Origin: Candidatus Bathyarchaeia archaeon
GTDB taxonomy: Archaea > Thermoproteota > CALKCG01 > B24
NCBI GenBank assembly: GCA_038870975.1
Contig: JAVZJD010000001.1
Span: 480,001 to 544,000, forward strand
DNA length: 64,000 bases
Reading direction: 5' to 3'
Both the position numbers and the translations under genes were made by a program. Numbering within the stretch: the stretch's first letter is position 1; each line of letters starts with the position of its first letter. The notes under the pieces are model-generated. The model did not search any database, was not told where the DNA came from, and was given only the letters and a program-made list of their open reading frames with translations. Of the stretch, positions 1 to 9,821 are shown one piece after another.

Positions 1-2276
1 CCTATGTTTTTCAGCTGTATGTTTAATATTTCACCTTTTCCATCACCATATACCCATAGACCAATTCCTCTATTGTTGGATAGATTCAAATTAACATTTC
101 TGATAAACTGACACCATCCAGTATCATCTTTTAAAGAACTTTCAACTACAATTTTACCGCTAATCGTTCCAACTTTAATTTTTTCCGTAGATTTCTCTAT
201 TCGGTACGTTACACCTGTGGCTGAAGAAGACGTAAATTGGTCTAACTCATTAACATTTACTAGCAGAATGTTTTCGCTTTCATCGTATTCTGCCAATGAA
301 GATAACGCCTGTATCCTTAACTCAAATGAAGGCTCTTCAAAGTCACTATAAATAGTCCACTCGTTATCGACCCCATTGATACCTTTTATGTAATGTTCAA
401 AATGTTTCACACGACGTAAAACCCATCTATTCTTAGATGGTTTAATTAATCTGAATTCTGCTCCAAGTTCACGTAATCTTCTTTTCTCCTCTTCTGATAA
501 AATATTTCTAAGCCTTAATTCTTCATAGTTTTTAACTATTGATAATATTTCAGGTGTCCAACCATTCTCCCTTAAGTCATGAACTGTAGTCTCTATTGAA
601 AGTGGTGAATCATAGCCCAAACATTTGTTACAAACGTATTCGACTTCATCTGGTTGAGTAGCTGGATAGTATGGGGTTTTAGTATACACGCCAAACCATC
701 CGAATTCAGCAGGCATTAGATTTGCTTGAACTTTTATAACGCCTGGAATTTTGACCTTATCTACATGACCTTTCACACCTCTGTATGCTCGATCTGTTTG
801 GGCATCCCTTGAGTATATATGCCAGTTAAAGTGATCTAACTGCTCGTCAGTAGGTTTCAACATTGTACCCTGCCCTCGATAAATGCTGACCGTGTAGCTA
901 GCTCCCTGTATTAAAACTTCTCTTCGGAATTTATTGAAGAAGGCTAGTTGAACTTTTGGTATGTAATACCACCATGCTCCTTGGGCAGATGCTGCTTCCG
1001 CTCCATCGAAATATATCATATCGAAACCGCATTCATTTACTATATTTGCTATACGTTGTGCAATCTCATCTAGGAGAGTACTTTCAGCATCAGCGATGTA
1101 AAATCCAAACATTTCAGCTAAGTGATATACTGTGGCTCCTTTTTTGTGCTCTGCTGGTTTTGTGCCCCTAGCACCTCTAATACAACCTGTAAATCCGTAG
1201 GGAGGTTGAAGTGAAACCCCACTATAGATAATTATTTCATTGTCTATTTGAATTTCATTACCGCCGCCTGCATAATAGAGCTGAGGTTTTATTGGGACAT
1301 CCTTGGGAGGCCCGCTCGTTGGAATAAATGAACTATTTTCATCTATTGTATCAGCTAATGTGAACCTTGCATTTTTCAATAACCGTTTATCAGGAACTGG
1401 TGTTACATATGGATCATTTTTACTGATGCACGTTGTTAAAAAGTGAAGACCAACTTTTAACCCCGCATCGTGCATTTTCTTAACAACTTTCTTTAAGCTT
1501 TCCAAACCATTTGGATAGTTTCTTAGGTTAATTGGATAGCTTCCGCAACTTGTTGACCACGAAGAATCATACATCATAACATAGCTGAAGCCACCTTTCT
1601 TAGCATACTCTATAACTTCATCTACATTCTGCTCGGTAACGTCAATGAATAAGTAAGATTTTTTGACTTCAGGAGATGCTTTATCCCATACTCCAGCCAG
1701 TGTTGGACTCGGCAACCCTTCTCTCAACTGGATTCTTCTAATGGTCTCTTTTATCTTATTGAATGGTACTCCTACAATAGCGATTTTACTTTTAAGAAGT
1801 CCATATCTTGGATAACATTTAGCCACTAATATAGCTTTTTCATCAGATGCCCCATAAGAACGCACTTGTAAATTTAAAGCTAATATGCATGCAGCGAAAA
1901 TATCATTATATCCTATATTTAATAATCTTCCGATGTTTTCCTTAATTGTTAGAGGTATTTTACATAGTGTAAATTCTTCCACATTTTGATCATTTATTGA
2001 ATGCGGTTCGAAAACAATATAATCTTCTTCTATTCTAATTTTTAAACAACATTCAATTTTTATCTCATCAAAAATTATTTTTAATTCATCATTATTCAGT
2101 TCAATCGATGAAGGCCAATAGCCTCTACCGTTTTTTACTAGTTCTGTAAAGGGATTTTGAAGAGTGAAATCCAAATAATTTTGGCCAGATGTCTTATCTA
2201 AGAATAGTTTAGAAAAACCCTTCTTATCTATCACCCACTTTAAATATTTATTTTCTAAAACGATTTCTGAAACCAT
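1..2276 (-). CDS. Large putative glycoside hydrolase (TIM-barrel, alpha-galactosidase-like) with C-terminal carbohydrate-binding-like domain; runs off the left edge
   Basis: Not in the ORF track (no stop in window). ATG at 2276 preceded by GGTGTGA SD; frame reads open to position 3: MVSEIVLENKYLKW...YPNGLESLKKVVKKMHDAGLKVGLHF...GFDMIYFDGAE...GIGLWVYGDGKGEILNIQLK. Region is visibly AT-richer than the rest of the window. Confidence 0.7.
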   Translation of the reverse strand, partial: MVSEIVLENKYLKWVIDKKGFSKLFLDKTSGQNYLDFTLQNPFTELVKNGRGYWPSSIELNNDELKIIFDEIKIECCLKIRIEEDYIVFEPHSINDQNVEEFTLCKIPLTIKENIGRLLNIGYNDIFAACILALNLQVRSYGASDEKAILVAKCYPRYGLLKSKIAIVGVPFNKIKETIRRIQLREGLPSPTLAGVWDKASPEVKKSYLFIDVTEQNVDEVIEYAKKGGFSYVMMYDSSWSTSCGSYPINLRNYPNGLESLKKVVKKMHDAGLKVGLHFLTTCISKNDPYVTPVPDKRLLKNARFTLADTIDENSSFIPTSGPPKDVPIKPQLYYAGGGNEIQIDNEIIIYSGVSLQPPYGFTGCIRGARGTKPAEHKKGATVYHLAEMFGFYIADAESTLLDEIAQRIANIVNECGFDMIYFDGAEAASAQGAWWYYIPKVQLAFFNKFRREVLIQGASYTVSIYRGQGTMLKPTDEQLDHFNWHIYSRDAQTDRAYRGVKGHVDKVKIPGVIKVQANLMPAEFGWFGVYTKTPYYPATQPDEVEYVCNKCLGYDSPLSIETTVHDLRENGWTPEILSIVKNYEELRLRNILSEEEKRRLRELGAEFRLIKPSKNRWVLRRVKHFEHYIKGINGVDNEWTIYSDFEEPSFELRIQALSSLAEYDESENILLVNVNELDQFTSSSATGVTYRIEKSTEKIKVGTISGKIVVESSLKDDTGWCQFIRNVNLNLSNNRGIGLWVYGDGKGEILNIQLKNI

Positions 2277-2376
2277 TTTATCACACCATCATTTGAATGA
2301 ATAGTATTTATCAACTTTACTTTGAAACTCTTCATTTAATTTTTAAACTTCTCTGATAAATCTATAAAATTGAATT

Positions 2377-3000
2377 TCACTTTTCAGCCAACTCTCTCGC
2401 TTCCATAAATACTACTCCCATAGATTTTAAGTAATCAATCAGTTTTTCAAGCTGTGCTAATACGTAGTCTCCACAGTTTTTAATTGTATATTCGTCAGGT
2501 AGGACACTACCTTTAGGACTAACTCTAATCGGTCCCTTGGGTATTTCAACAAACTCCCATGGATGGAAGTAAAAGCATAAAACGACTGGAAGCCCTTTAT
2601 TTTTCACATAGTTTATGTGATTTCTGATGTGGATCATTAGTTTTTCCGCACTCTCAGTCCTAAATTTAGGCCACTGATCCCTATCTCTACCATACTGGTC
2701 TTTACTTTCAACGGTCATATCCGCAAAGTTGGGTATCTCCAATATTTTCATATTACCTTCCTTAGTCCAATCATCTTTGCTAGGATGATATGGTATGAGT
2801 TGCTCTCCGTAGAAGTAGAGTGGATATGACGCGTCAGCTTTATATCCCAAATTCTCAAGACTACGAATCAATATCGTACTCCCCCAGAGTCTCGGAGCTT
2901 TAAATGAAAGAACCTTATCCCTGAGAGCTTCTTCAGTCTAAATGGTACTTCTTCTGGAAAAAGCGGCTTTACCCCTGGTATTGGAAAAAGTTCATCACTT
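2377..3000 (-). pseudogene. Polysaccharide deacetylase (NodB/CE4-like) pseudogene, 5' truncated and frameshifted
   Basis: The 164-aa ORF has the FYFHPWEF motif. Upstream in frame reads KVLSFKAPRLWGST (FRAP motif), and after a frameshift near 2940 SDELFPIPGVKPLFPEEVPFRL. The N-terminal catalytic part and start codon are missing. Confidence 0.7.
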
Positions 3001-3109
3001 AAAATTAATAGGATAAGGTTCTTAAGAAGAAGCTTATAACTTAGCAAAGCTGGTTTTAATTCATCTACAAATTAGATGATGGATGGTTATTTGGAAAGCG
3101 TAAGTAAGT

Positions 3110-3586
3110 CTAAATGTTTAGAATCCTATTTAGGAATTTACACATGTTTCTGAAATGAGACCCGAGCCAGTACACCTTCTTGCAATTGTCGCATATCCAA
3201 AACTTCGATTGTCTACGTAGTACGCCATCTGGTATTAAGCCAGCAACCTCTTCTTTTGAGGCTTCTCTTATGGTGCTGTTGCAAACTGGACACCTGCTTT
3301 TAGAGGGATCTATGACTGGATTTAAACCAAACTTTTTAACTAGGAAGCCTACTCTCTCGGCTTCACTCTTACCAGCTACTTCTAAGGCTTTCAGCCCTCT
3401 GCTTAAAGCCTTAGAGACGAGTCCTTTATCCCTTGTAAGTATTACAGCGTTAAACTCTAAAGCCGCTCTGAGTAGGTCTTCGTCCGTCCAAGACGGGTTG
3501 TAGAGAACATTGCAACCTAGTATTCTCAGCCATCTAGCGGTCCGACCGAGCATTAAATCCACTACGAAGACTTCGTTCAAACCCAA
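3110..3586 (-). CDS. Mut7-C RNase (PIN-like) domain protein with zinc ribbon
   Basis: FVVDLMLGRTARWLRILG, ILTRD, CPVCN...CDNCKKVYWLGSH motifs. Confidence 0.85.
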   Translation of the reverse strand: MGLNEVFVVDLMLGRTARWLRILGCNVLYNPSWTDEDLLRAALEFNAVILTRDKGLVSKALSRGLKALEVAGKSEAERVGFLVKKFGLNPVIDPSKSRCPVCNSTIREASKEEVAGLIPDGVLRRQSKFWICDNCKKVYWLGSHFRNMCKFLNRILNI

Positions 3587-4923
3587 ACACCTGGTTTAAT
3601 GACTCTACCAACTCCCGGCTTACTTAAAATCTCACCGTTTAAAAAAACCGGCTCACCGTTTACTAGAACGCCTTTAACAATACCTCTCCCCTTCCACCCT
3701 TTAAATGGACTGTGCTTAGCCTTAGATTTAAACTCCGACGGGTCTATTCTAAACTCTCCGTTTAAATCTACCACTGTTAAATCGGCCCAGTAGCCGATTT
3801 CAATAGACCCCCTACCCGCTATTCTGAATATTTTAGCAGGGTTTTGAGAGGTAAGCTCGACCAGCTTGGAGAGACTTAACCATCCTCTGTTGACACAATC
3901 AAGCATAAGCGGTAGAAGCGTTTCCAAACCTGGGAAACCGGTTTTGATGCTCCAAATGTTCCCTATGGATTTTTCTTCTAGAGTATGTGGAGCATGGTCT
4001 GAAGCTATGCAATCCACCATGGTTTTTCTAACCCCAACCCACAGTCCTTCAACGCAGCCTTCAGACCTAAGAGGCGGGTCAACGAGGCCGTATATTCCAA
4101 GGGTTTCATAGTTTTTCTTTGAAAGTAGCAAATGATGAGGTGTGACTTCGCATGTAACTGATAGCCCTTCGGCTTTAGCTTCAGCTATACGCTTGAGCGA
4201 CACTGGGGAGGTTATGTGGCAAAAGTGTAATTTCACGGGTTTTATTTTCCTAAGCATAGCGGTTAACTCGTCTACGGATTCGTTTTCAGACTCTTCAGAG
4301 AGAGCGGCTTCAAAAGCCTCTAAACCTCCGTTGGGATTAGCGTGCTTCACAGCTTCATACGTTTCCCTTCTCTCGGCATGAACAAGCACTGGTAAACCTG
4401 TTCTACCGATTGCTTCAAACGGCTTCCTTAAATCTTCCAAACTGTTGAATTTATACCCAGGCATAACTCTATGCATGAATACTTTAAACCCGAAGACCCC
4501 TTCAGCCACAAGCCTAGAGATTTCAGTCAGTTTTTCAGGTATAAAACTGTAGAACCCCACGTTCACGTAAATTTTAGGCTTAGCTGTTTCAATTTTAGAC
4601 CTTAATGTTTCAGCGTTTTCAGTAGCTGGGTCTGTATTAGGCATGTCTAAAACCGTTGAAATCCCTCCGAATGCTGCAGCCAAGGTCCCAGTATCATAAT
4701 CCTCCTTATACGAAAGATTGAGTCCTCTGAGGTGTACATGTACATCTATAAGCCCAGGTATAACGAGTAAACCGTTAAGGTCTATCGTCTCGTCAACAGG
4801 CTTATTTATCTTCAACTTGGTTAAACGGGAGATTTTACCGTCTTCAACTAAGATTTCAACACCACTAATTACTAACCCCCTGTAGAAGATTTTACAGTTT
4901 CGCAGTCTAAGAGTTTTCAACAA
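3577..4923 (-). CDS. pyrC: Dihydroorotase (amidohydrolase family)
   Basis: PGLIDVHVHLR, DMPNT, CEVTPHHL, IASDHAPH, SKAKHSPF. Start placed at TTG 4923; the ORF track extends to 4962. Confidence 0.85.
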   Translation of the reverse strand: MLKTLRLRNCKIFYRGLVISGVEILVEDGKISRLTKLKINKPVDETIDLNGLLVIPGLIDVHVHLRGLNLSYKEDYDTGTLAAAFGGISTVLDMPNTDPATENAETLRSKIETAKPKIYVNVGFYSFIPEKLTEISRLVAEGVFGFKVFMHRVMPGYKFNSLEDLRKPFEAIGRTGLPVLVHAERRETYEAVKHANPNGGLEAFEAALSEESENESVDELTAMLRKIKPVKLHFCHITSPVSLKRIAEAKAEGLSVTCEVTPHHLLLSKKNYETLGIYGLVDPPLRSEGCVEGLWVGVRKTMVDCIASDHAPHTLEEKSIGNIWSIKTGFPGLETLLPLMLDCVNRGWLSLSKLVELTSQNPAKIFRIAGRGSIEIGYWADLTVVDLNGEFRIDPSEFKSKAKHSPFKGWKGRGIVKGVLVNGEPVFLNGEILSKPGVGRVIKPGVWV

Positions 4924-4971
4924 CCATAGTTTAATAGAAACTCCTATAAGAGTTTCACGCATAAAATACTA

Positions 4972-5604
4972 GTGCTGGTCAAAATGACCACTAATTTAAC
5001 AGATGACGAGGGGGCATTTCTAGTTAGAATTGCAAGGAGAAGTATTGAAGAATATCTTACAAAGCGCGTTAAAATAAAGCCACCCATCGAAACGCCAGAA
5101 AGCTTGAAAGTTAAACGTGGGGTATTCGTAACGCTGAATAGCTTCATCGAAGGAGCTAAAGAGCTTAGAGGATGTATAGGTTTTCCGTATCCAACTCATC
5201 CTCTAGTTGAAGCAACTATTGAAAGTGCTATAGAAGCGGCTGTAGGAGACCCGAGGTTTCCACCTGTAACTTTAAAAGAAATGGATAATATAGTTGTTGA
5301 AGTCAGCGTTCTAACGAAACCTGAGCTCATAGTCGTCAGCAATCCTAAAGAACTGCCTAAAGCTATTAAAATAGGCATAGATGGTTTGATCGTCGAAAGA
5401 GGCTTTTATAAAGGACTTTTACTACCACAAGTTCCTGTTGAATGGAATTGGGATGAGGAGGAGTTTCTAAGCAATGCCTGTATAAAGGCTGGTCTAACCC
5501 CAGACAGTTGGCTTCTAAAAGATACAAGAGTATATAGATTTCAAGCTGAAATCTTTGAAGAAGAAGAGCCTAGAGGCAGAATTAAGCGTAGGATTTTAAG
5601 GTAG
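4972..5604 (+). CDS. AMMECR1-domain protein (AmmeMemoRadiSam system protein A / TIGR00296 family)
   Basis: GVFVTL, LRGCIG, DPRF, GLLLPQV motifs. Confidence 0.92.
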   Translation: MLVKMTTNLTDDEGAFLVRIARRSIEEYLTKRVKIKPPIETPESLKVKRGVFVTLNSFIEGAKELRGCIGFPYPTHPLVEATIESAIEAAVGDPRFPPVTLKEMDNIVVEVSVLTKPELIVVSNPKELPKAIKIGIDGLIVERGFYKGLLLPQVPVEWNWDEEEFLSNACIKAGLTPDSWLLKDTRVYRFQAEIFEEEEPRGRIKRRILR

Positions 5605-5609
5605 TAATT

Positions 5610-6776
5610 ATGAGCGTTTACTTCGGAGTGTGCGGAATAGGCTTAGGTCATGCTGGAAGATGTATACCTATAGCTGAGAAACTCAAAGAGAAAGGTATAG
5701 ACGTGGTTTTTTCATCTTATGGTAATGGCTTAAACTACATCAAGGAGAAACAGTTCAATTGTAAGAAGGCACCATCAATAGGATTCGCCGTCAAGACTGA
5801 TGGAGGGGTGGATTTTAGACAGAGTACTGTAAATCCTGGACCCTTTATAGCATCGATTAAAGTCCTTAGACAGATAGCTTTTGAATTGATGGCCATTGGA
5901 AACTTCCAGCCTAAAGTAGTTATTTCCGACAGTAGAGTTTCAACGATAGTTGCTTCGAAGGTTTTGAAAATTCCATGTATAACAATTCTCAATCAGTTTA
6001 AGATAATAATACCTAGGAGGCGGCGCTTTTTAAGACTATGCAGGCTTATGGATGCGGCAGCGCTTGCTTTAATCGGTAGAATCTGGACTATAAGCGACTA
6101 CGTTCTCATACCTGATTATCCAATGCCTTACACAGTTTCACTTGGAAACCTTGAAATACCACCTGTATACTCTAAGAAGGTCTTCCTAGTGGGTCCCATA
6201 GTCCCAGTGAAACCCGAAGAACTACCTTCTCAAAGAGAGCTTAAAGAGAAGCTGGGTCACGACCCGGATAAACCTCTAGTATTTGCACCCATAAGCGGCT
6301 CTCTAAAAGAGCGTAGATACCTAATTGAACTTTTAACCTCCATATTTATGGAACTCGATGAATACAATATCGTTATGTCTAAAGCAAACCCAACTGGTAC
6401 ACAAGCTCCGTTTAAACTCGGCTCTCTAACGGTATATGAGTGGTTAAACAATAGATTTGAATATCTTAAAGCCTGCGACGTAGTCGTTTCAAGAGCTGGA
6501 CATGGAACGATTACACAGAGCATGTTTTACGGTAAACCGATGATATTAATACCAACTCCAAACCACACCGAGCAAATAGGCAATGCCTCGAGAATTGAAG
6601 AAATGGGCTTAGGATTAACTCTAGAGCAGGAGAAGCTTACCAAGGATTCGCTTCAAAATGCAATTGAGAGAATTATAAACGGTGGATTTATGGAGAGGAG
6701 CTTGGAGGCTTCCAGAGAATTGAAGCAATACGACGGATGCAGGAAAATAGTATCTATCATAGAGGATTTCCTTTAA
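5610..6776 (+). CDS. MurG-like glycosyltransferase (GT28/GT1, MJ1255-like)
   Basis: GIGLGHAGR N-terminal motif; SRAGHGT and HTEQ in the C-terminal Rossmann domain. Confidence 0.85.
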   Translation: MSVYFGVCGIGLGHAGRCIPIAEKLKEKGIDVVFSSYGNGLNYIKEKQFNCKKAPSIGFAVKTDGGVDFRQSTVNPGPFIASIKVLRQIAFELMAIGNFQPKVVISDSRVSTIVASKVLKIPCITILNQFKIIIPRRRRFLRLCRLMDAAALALIGRIWTISDYVLIPDYPMPYTVSLGNLEIPPVYSKKVFLVGPIVPVKPEELPSQRELKEKLGHDPDKPLVFAPISGSLKERRYLIELLTSIFMELDEYNIVMSKANPTGTQAPFKLGSLTVYEWLNNRFEYLKACDVVVSRAGHGTITQSMFYGKPMILIPTPNHTEQIGNASRIEEMGLGLTLEQEKLTKDSLQNAIERIINGGFMERSLEASRELKQYDGCRKIVSIIEDFL

Positions 6777-6902
6777 CTGTTCTATTTTTACAACTTTATG
6801 TCTAAAACTAAACTGTTTAAGTTGTCGAATTTAAACGCTAATCTCCATCGAACAGATTTTTTGGACAATTGAAAAATCCATGAAAACATGAATTTAATAT
6901 GG

Positions 6903-6918
6903 AAAACCTTATATATAT
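6903..6918 (+). promoter_or_regulatory. BRE/TATA promoter of the Cren7-like gene
   Basis: AAAACCTTATATATAT about 35-45 nt upstream of ATG 6953. Confidence 0.6.
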
Positions 6919-6952
6919 CATGGATATCCATTTAGTCATGGAGTGATGGAAA

Positions 6953-7108
6953 ATGGCCAAGTGTCCAAAGTGCGGTACTGATGTAGCTAAGCCAGTAAAA
7001 GAGTGGGATATTCAGCCTAAGCAGAAGAAGGGTCCAAAAGTCCACATAACTCTATACGAGTGCCCTAACTGTAAGACTAGATTTAGAGAAGCAAAAAGAC
7101 TTGCATAA
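6953..7108 (+). CDS. cren7: Cren7-like chromatin protein with two CxxC motifs (51 aa)
   Basis: Missed by the ORF track (<60 aa): MAKCPKCGTDVAKPVKEWDIQPKQKKGPKVHITLYECPNCKTRFREAKRLA. It has Cren7 hallmarks P.K.W...P...KG..V...LY..P....FR, its own TATA box and a T-rich terminator. Confidence 0.8.
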   Translation: MAKCPKCGTDVAKPVKEWDIQPKQKKGPKVHITLYECPNCKTRFREAKRLA

Positions 7109-7133
7109 ACGCCATAAACACAAGTTGAATAAT

Positions 7134-7150
7134 CCCTCCTTTTTTTCCTT
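7134..7150 (+). terminator. Oligo-T archaeal terminator after cren7
   Basis: CCCTCCTTTTTTTCCTT 25 nt after the stop codon. Confidence 0.5.
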
Positions 7151-7239
7151 CAATCCTCAGAGTTTAAGCATGTAAATTTTAGAGGACTTTCAATTGAGCA
7201 ACTTTTACAACTGTATGCTAAAAAAATAAAATAGATGGT

Positions 7240-9225
7240 TTAAAACGGTATGAAGAATCTTATAACCATCAGTAGTCCGCCTATGAAAGAGACTAGTACA
7301 GCACCCACTATGAAGCCTATTGCAACTGGTACTCCAACTTCTTCATAGAACTTGCTTCCACCGATTCTAAGCACTATGAGTTTAACAATCCACGCTACTG
7401 TTACAGTAGTCCACAGTCCTTCAATAAGAGCATGACCATCTGTGATTATTAGGAAGCCGATAGGGTCTAATGGGAACCATAAGAATTTAGCGTGGAGATA
7501 TGTCAATGCACCTGCAAGTAGAACCCCGCCTAGGAAGTGGGGTATCCACTCCCCTCTAACTGGTCGATTTACAATACCCTGTGGATCTGCTCTATACCAT
7601 ACACCGCCCCAGAGGCTCGACGGTAGTTTCGTTGCTCCGAAGGTGTAGAGACCCCATATGTATCCCAACTGTGCTAATAATGGCGCTAGAATACCTACGA
7701 CTAGTGAAACTTTGAAGATCGTTTTAGTATCCATACCCATCATAGAGCCCATTTTATAAGATGATAAAGATGTTATAAGCGGTGTTCCCCAGCCTTCTGT
7801 GAAGGCTTGACCTGTAGGATGCATCATACACATGGCTAAAACCCATTCCTTATAGTTTGCCTCGGTTGGCATACTTCCCATGACTAGCTTCATAGGTCCA
7901 TAGTAGAACCAGCTTCCAGCCGGAGCGTTATATCCGACAAGTGAGTAGACTCTTGTAGATGCAAATGTGCATATGAAGTTGCTTACGATTAGAATTGCTA
8001 TTGGTGCTAATGTCAGGCCTACAGACCCCCAGAGAGCGGCTATGACTATTACGGCTAAGATTATCATTAGAAATGCAATTCTATAGCTGATAGGTTCACC
8101 CTTCACTTCTTCACCTCTAGCGGCATGCCTGAATATTGAAGCCACAGCACGCCAGTTTAAGATGAAGTAGAATAAGACTATTCCAGTGCTTACCCCAGCT
8201 GTTGAAAACGCGTCCCATTTGAATGGTTCGCCGACTCTATAACTTATAGTACCACACCAGACTCTACCGCAACCATCTAAACCGAGGATGCCAGAGTAAT
8301 AGCCTGAGAAGTACGCTACTTGCATGAGCACTTGGAAGATTATATTTGTTATTACCGCGCTCGTGAGAACGGATAATGGCGCTAAGAAGAATATGGCTGC
8401 GTGTACTGCGCTTTTATTAAGCATTGCCATGCCTGGTAGCTGGGCTAAAGCTGAGCCTGCAGTAAGCCAAACTGTTCCATGGTTGCAAGTATTTGTCCTC
8501 CACCCGTAAACGTCTGGAAACCACGGATATAGAGCTGTCAAGAATAGTGGAATCTGGTATGCCAGTCCTAGAACGATGCCCACTACAAGCGGAACACCCA
8601 GTTTCTTCCTTAGACCTCCCTGCTCTAGGAACCTGTTGGCTAGTGTAACGCTAACAATCGTCTGTGGGAATGGGACTTTTTCAACATCTATATAGTGGTG
8701 GCGGAGTAGAGAGGCTATTGCCAAGTAGAAGACGGCGTAAGCAGCCATCATGAGCCACCAGAACATTATGAAGGGCATGAGAGCACCCCAAGGAACAGCA
8801 GCTCCACCACCGACTATAGGTCTCACCACTTCGGCTGGAGGAGCAAATATAGAGGGCCAATTGTCTGAAATATCCGGTTCTACTACTCTACTGGCTAGAA
8901 AACCAGTATATGTGTCTTGAATAGGCCATCCGTCAGAAGTCATAAAGACTACTAGGCCCATAGTGGCTACGTATAGAAATGCAAAGGTTGTTTTATCAGC
9001 TGATTTGAAAAAACCGATTTCCCTTAAAATTCCTAGGAAGAATATTAGGACTGTAGGTAAAACTGGAACCCAAAGTTTACAGCCTACTGTCCCTGCAGTA
9101 TACCAGTTTGTAAAACCTCCAGGAATCATAGTCGTCCAAACAGGACCGAAGAAGCCGAAGACAAATATTATAACCAGTGTGGAAATCCATAGACTGGTAC
9201 TTATAGGCTTATACTCCGTAGACAA
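7240..9225 (-). CDS. OPT-like (DUF6785/DUF6784-type) polytopic membrane transporter, paralog 1
   Basis: Many TM segments; DVEKVPFP, PWFPDVYGWR, HAKFLWFPLDPIGF, GGSKFYEE and RFFIPF shared with three other ORFs in the window. Confidence 0.75.
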   Translation of the reverse strand: MSTEYKPISTSLWISTLVIIFVFGFFGPVWTTMIPGGFTNWYTAGTVGCKLWVPVLPTVLIFFLGILREIGFFKSADKTTFAFLYVATMGLVVFMTSDGWPIQDTYTGFLASRVVEPDISDNWPSIFAPPAEVVRPIVGGGAAVPWGALMPFIMFWWLMMAAYAVFYLAIASLLRHHYIDVEKVPFPQTIVSVTLANRFLEQGGLRKKLGVPLVVGIVLGLAYQIPLFLTALYPWFPDVYGWRTNTCNHGTVWLTAGSALAQLPGMAMLNKSAVHAAIFFLAPLSVLTSAVITNIIFQVLMQVAYFSGYYSGILGLDGCGRVWCGTISYRVGEPFKWDAFSTAGVSTGIVLFYFILNWRAVASIFRHAARGEEVKGEPISYRIAFLMIILAVIVIAALWGSVGLTLAPIAILIVSNFICTFASTRVYSLVGYNAPAGSWFYYGPMKLVMGSMPTEANYKEWVLAMCMMHPTGQAFTEGWGTPLITSLSSYKMGSMMGMDTKTIFKVSLVVGILAPLLAQLGYIWGLYTFGATKLPSSLWGGVWYRADPQGIVNRPVRGEWIPHFLGGVLLAGALTYLHAKFLWFPLDPIGFLIITDGHALIEGLWTTVTVAWIVKLIVLRIGGSKFYEEVGVPVAIGFIVGAVLVSFIGGLLMVIRFFIPF

Positions 9226-9738
9226 CTTCCCACAAAATTCATTCTACGTGAAAACATTTAAAAATCTTTCTTGAAGAAGATACTCAAGGGCTTTTAAGGG
9301 AGGCTCTGCTATACCTTATGGATAAGCCTCCAACACTTCTGTATGAAGTGTTGGAGGAACAGGGGATTAGGGCGTTCGCTCAAATTGCTGAAAAATAGGT
9401 GCGGCAAGTGCCCAGTCTTTGAAGCCATCACATCCATAGACCCGAAGCTTAAGAGGATTAAAGTTGAACTCGAGGAGCTAAAGAAGAAGCGTGAGGCTGT
9501 AGAAAATGCCCAAGGTAGTCGAAGAACGCCTCAGAAGGGCTTTTAACGCGTAACATTGAGAAAACTGTCATAGGCGTATACTACCCTACCTATTGAGATA
9601 ATACTGGATCTACTCTGAAGGATATACCATAGGACTCGAAAAGTCCGACGTGTTTAAGATAGGATAGTTATTCACGAATTCCTGATAAATGCACTAAAGT
9701 CTAGTGAGGCTACAGTCGAAGTCGAGAAAAAACGCCTA

Positions 9739-9819
9739 GAGGCATCCAAGCTTATAGAAGCAGGCTTCGAGTATGTAACGACCTTCAACAATACCATTCT
9801 CTTCAGGAAGAGGAAGTAA
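9739..9819 (+). pseudogene. C-terminal relic of tyrosine recombinase/integrase
   Basis: Reads EASKLIEAGFEYVTTFNNTILFRKRK*, matching the relic tails at 19.5 and 26.8 kb. Confidence 0.7.
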
Positions 9820-9821
9820 TC

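Noticed and set aside
9343-9546. 67-aa ORF with a coiled-coil-like tail
   Set aside because: No recognisable motif; probably part of the degraded element upstream of the integrase relic
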